Assembly: GCA_963829525.1 (NCBI GenBank)
Contig: CAWHIJ010000003.1
Location: 288,001-352,000, forward strand
Length of the DNA: 64,000 bases
Source of the DNA: an uncultured Actinomycetota bacterium
Lineage (GTDB): Bacteria; Actinomycetota; Actinomycetes; JAHEKZ01
Direction of reading: 5' to 3'
Numbering within the stretch: position 1 is the first letter of the stretch; each line of letters begins with the position of its first letter. This document shows, piece after piece, positions 61,823-64,000 of the stretch. Below the pieces are notes generated by a model. The model saw only the letters and a program-made list of their open reading frames with translations, searched no databases and was not told the DNA's origin. Both the position numbers and the translations under genes were made by a program.

Positions 61823-62374
61823 CTACAGGTAGGGGCCGCTGGTGCGCTGGCTCTGGTCGAGCTCGCCGGGGACGCCGCCGCCGTCACGCCCTGCCGGGAG
61901 CGCTGCACGCCGCCGCATCTCTTCAAACTGCGCTCGCGCGGCAACCTGTTGGGCGAACAGAGCCGTTTGGATGCCGTGGAAGAGCCCTTCGAGCCACCCA
62001 ACCAGCTGGGCTTGCGCGATACGTAGCTCGGCCTCACTTGGGATGCTGTCATCGGTGAACGGAAGTGAGATGCGCTCCAGCTCGTCGACCAGCTCGGGTG
62101 CGAGCCCGTCCTCAAGCTCAGCGATCGACCTGCGGTGGATCTCCTTCAGGCGCGCGCGTCCTGCTTCATCCAGCGGCGCACTTCGCACCTCGTCCAGGAG
62201 CTGCTTGATCATCGTGCCGATCCTCATCACCTTGGCTGGCTGTTCCACCAGCTCGGTGATCGGTGGCTGGCCGTCGCCGCCCTCGGCGCCGGGGTCTGGG
62301 ACCTCCCCGACGGGCTGACCATCGGGGCCGACGATCACGATTCGGTTCGGTGTCTCGTCCTGCGGCTGCGTCAT
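61823..62374 (-). CDS. bpa: Bacterial proteasome activator Bpa/PafE
   Basis: VEQPAKVMRIGTMIKQLL, ELRIAQAQLVGWLEGLFHGIQ, C-terminal GPYL docking tail. Confidence 0.93.
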   Translation of the reverse strand: MTQPQDETPNRIVIVGPDGQPVGEVPDPGAEGGDGQPPITELVEQPAKVMRIGTMIKQLLDEVRSAPLDEAGRARLKEIHRRSIAELEDGLAPELVDELERISLPFTDDSIPSEAELRIAQAQLVGWLEGLFHGIQTALFAQQVAARAQFEEMRRRAALPAGRDGGGVPGELDQSQRTSGPYL

Positions 62375-62435
62375 GGGTCCATCTTGGCGTAGAAACCTTG
62401 TGGACGAAGAACCGGTCCTCCGACAGGGTGAGCGC

Positions 62436-63431
62436 ATGGAATTCGCTGCCCTGGAGAAGGCGCTCCCAGACCACGAGATCCGGCCCATCAGCCTGGACGA
62501 CGTTCCCGCTTTGGCCAACCTGGTGGGGCGGCTCACCACCGTGGTTCTCGGTGAGCCGGACGTCAGTGAGGCCGAGCTTCGGGACGACCTGATCGGCCCG
62601 CACTTCGAGTTGAGCACCGACACTTTCGTTGCAGTCGCACCCGATGGGGGGGTGACCGCATACGGGCAGGGCTACGACGAACGCGATGGCTCAGGATGGA
62701 TCGATGTCTGTATCGACCCCGCGCTCGACGAGGCACGGCAGGACGCTGTCGCTGACGCTGGAATCGCTGCATGTGCTGCCCGAATCATCGAGTCGGCAAA
62801 AGCGCGGGGAGCGTCGGAGATCCATCTGACGGCTAACCTCTACGAGTCCGAGACCCTGATGCGCGATGCGTATGCGCGTGCTGGTCTGCCGGTCGAGACG
62901 ATCTACTGGCGCATGCAGCGCGAGTTCTCCGCGGCCGAAGCGCTCGAAACGCCGGTGGTGCCAGACGGCTTCCGGATCGGCAAGGTCGACCCACGCGACG
63001 ACGTCGTGATCGAGCAGGGCTACCACCTCATCAACGACACCTTCAGCGAGCACCACGGGTTCGGGGGTGAGGTGAAGTCGCTCTCTGACTACATCGAATA
63101 CGTGCGCAGCGCCGAAGCGTTCGACCCGGACGCATGGTGGTTCGCCTGGCAGGGGGACACGCCTGTCGGTTTGCTCATCGGCGACAACCGGCGCGAGGAA
63201 CAGGGCTTCGGTTACGTGCCCTCCGTTGGTGTCCAGAAGCGGCTCAGGGGACGCGGGATCGCGCGGGCGCTCCTGCTCGCTGCCTTCGCTGACTACCAGC
63301 AGCGCGGACGCGCCGGCGTGCAGCTCGGCGTCGATACTCAGAACTCCACAGGTGCGACACGTCTCTACGAGTCGGTGGGTATGACGTCGCTGCACTCCGC
63401 GCTTGCGATGGGCCGCAAAGTCACCCTCTGA
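62436..63431 (+). CDS. Tandem GNAT family acetyltransferase
   Basis: C-terminal motif A VGVQKRLRGRGIARALL and LGVDTQNSTGATRLYESVG; degenerate N-terminal GNAT. Confidence 0.85.
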   Translation: MEFAALEKALPDHEIRPISLDDVPALANLVGRLTTVVLGEPDVSEAELRDDLIGPHFELSTDTFVAVAPDGGVTAYGQGYDERDGSGWIDVCIDPALDEARQDAVADAGIAACAARIIESAKARGASEIHLTANLYESETLMRDAYARAGLPVETIYWRMQREFSAAEALETPVVPDGFRIGKVDPRDDVVIEQGYHLINDTFSEHHGFGGEVKSLSDYIEYVRSAEAFDPDAWWFAWQGDTPVGLLIGDNRREEQGFGYVPSVGVQKRLRGRGIARALLLAAFADYQQRGRAGVQLGVDTQNSTGATRLYESVGMTSLHSALAMGRKVTL

Positions 63432-63461
63432 CTCCCTCCACGCCGTTACGGCCACCTTGGC

Positions 63462-64000
63462 TCAGGGGAAGGCGACCGTGTCGAGGAAGGCGTCTATCAG
63501 GTCGTAGCAGCGCTGACGGTTCTGCTCGGCAAGTTGCTCGGTCTGTTGGTAGACCTTCTCCAAGTCGACGCCATACGCGTCGGCGTCATCGGCGGCATCC
63601 TTGCCCCAGCGACGAATGATCTCGGTGGAAACTTCAGGGTGGAACTGCAGCGCGAGCATGCGACCCAGACGATAGGCCTGGGGGCCGGCATCGGTCGACG
63701 CGAACACCTGAGCGCCGAGTGGCGGGGTGAACTTGTCAACGTGGTACTCAAACCACGGTCCGGGTGGAGCAAGCTGGGGGTTTTGCGTCGTGATCTCATA
63801 CCAGCCGAGCTCACTGCGGTGTGCGCGCTCAACCGAACCACCAAGAGCGTGCGACATCAGTTGTCCGCCGTAACAGATCCCGAGGACGGGCGTGTCGGAG
63901 TCCGCCGCGGCGCGCACGAGGGCTGACTCACGGTCGACGTGGTTGGCGACCTTCTCCCAGTAGACCGACCAGTCCGACCCCAGCATCACCAAGAGGTCAA
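63462..64000 (-). CDS. Class I glutamine amidotransferase-like protein (5' end outside the window)
   Basis: PVLGICYGGQL nucleophile elbow and QFHPE. Confidence 0.85.
   Translation of the reverse strand, partial: DLLVMLGSDWSVYWEKVANHVDRESALVRAAADSDTPVLGICYGGQLMSHALGGSVERAHRSELGWYEITTQNPQLAPPGPWFEYHVDKFTPPLGAQVFASTDAGPQAYRLGRMLALQFHPEVSTEIIRRWGKDAADDADAYGVDLEKVYQQTEQLAEQNRQRCYDLIDAFLDTVAFP

Noticed and set aside
61823-61840. Bpa C-terminus GPYL instead of GQYL
   Set aside because: The penultimate Tyr and terminal Leu are kept; likely ordinary variation.

Overview
High-GC actinomycete chromosome, probably close to oriC. The core scaffold is pknB-pbpA-rodA-pstP-fhaB-fhaA, tRNA-Leu(CAG), glpQ-like, DUF5926, pheA, serS, trpB2, a Cof-type HAD and bpa. 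Accessory modules between these: a sulfotransferase pair including a sulfotransferase-glycosyltransferase fusion; an agmatine deiminase operon lacking carbamate kinase; a MalT-like regulator/small protein/DUF4386 cassette with a perfect 16-bp palindrome; SulP-lipid kinase-PAP2; NAD-linked formate dehydrogenase (fdsGBAD, fdhD); vapBC; and a PucR regulator facing a peptide-type ABC importer. The best candidate for an undescribed system is 40876-44579: an ADP-forming acyl-CoA ligase, a Kal/Acl-type aminoacyl-CoA ammonia-lyase and an AcuI-type acryloyl-CoA reductase, which could form a compact beta-alanine (or related C3 compound) -> acryloyl-CoA -> propionyl-CoA route. Also seen: three DosR/OsdR-like boxes, a dispersed 32-33 bp-period repeat, several hairpins with C-rich loops, and at least five genes with single-base frameshifts that look like consensus errors. 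All family calls are by-eye motif recognition; no searches were run, and some starts were moved from the ORF track.
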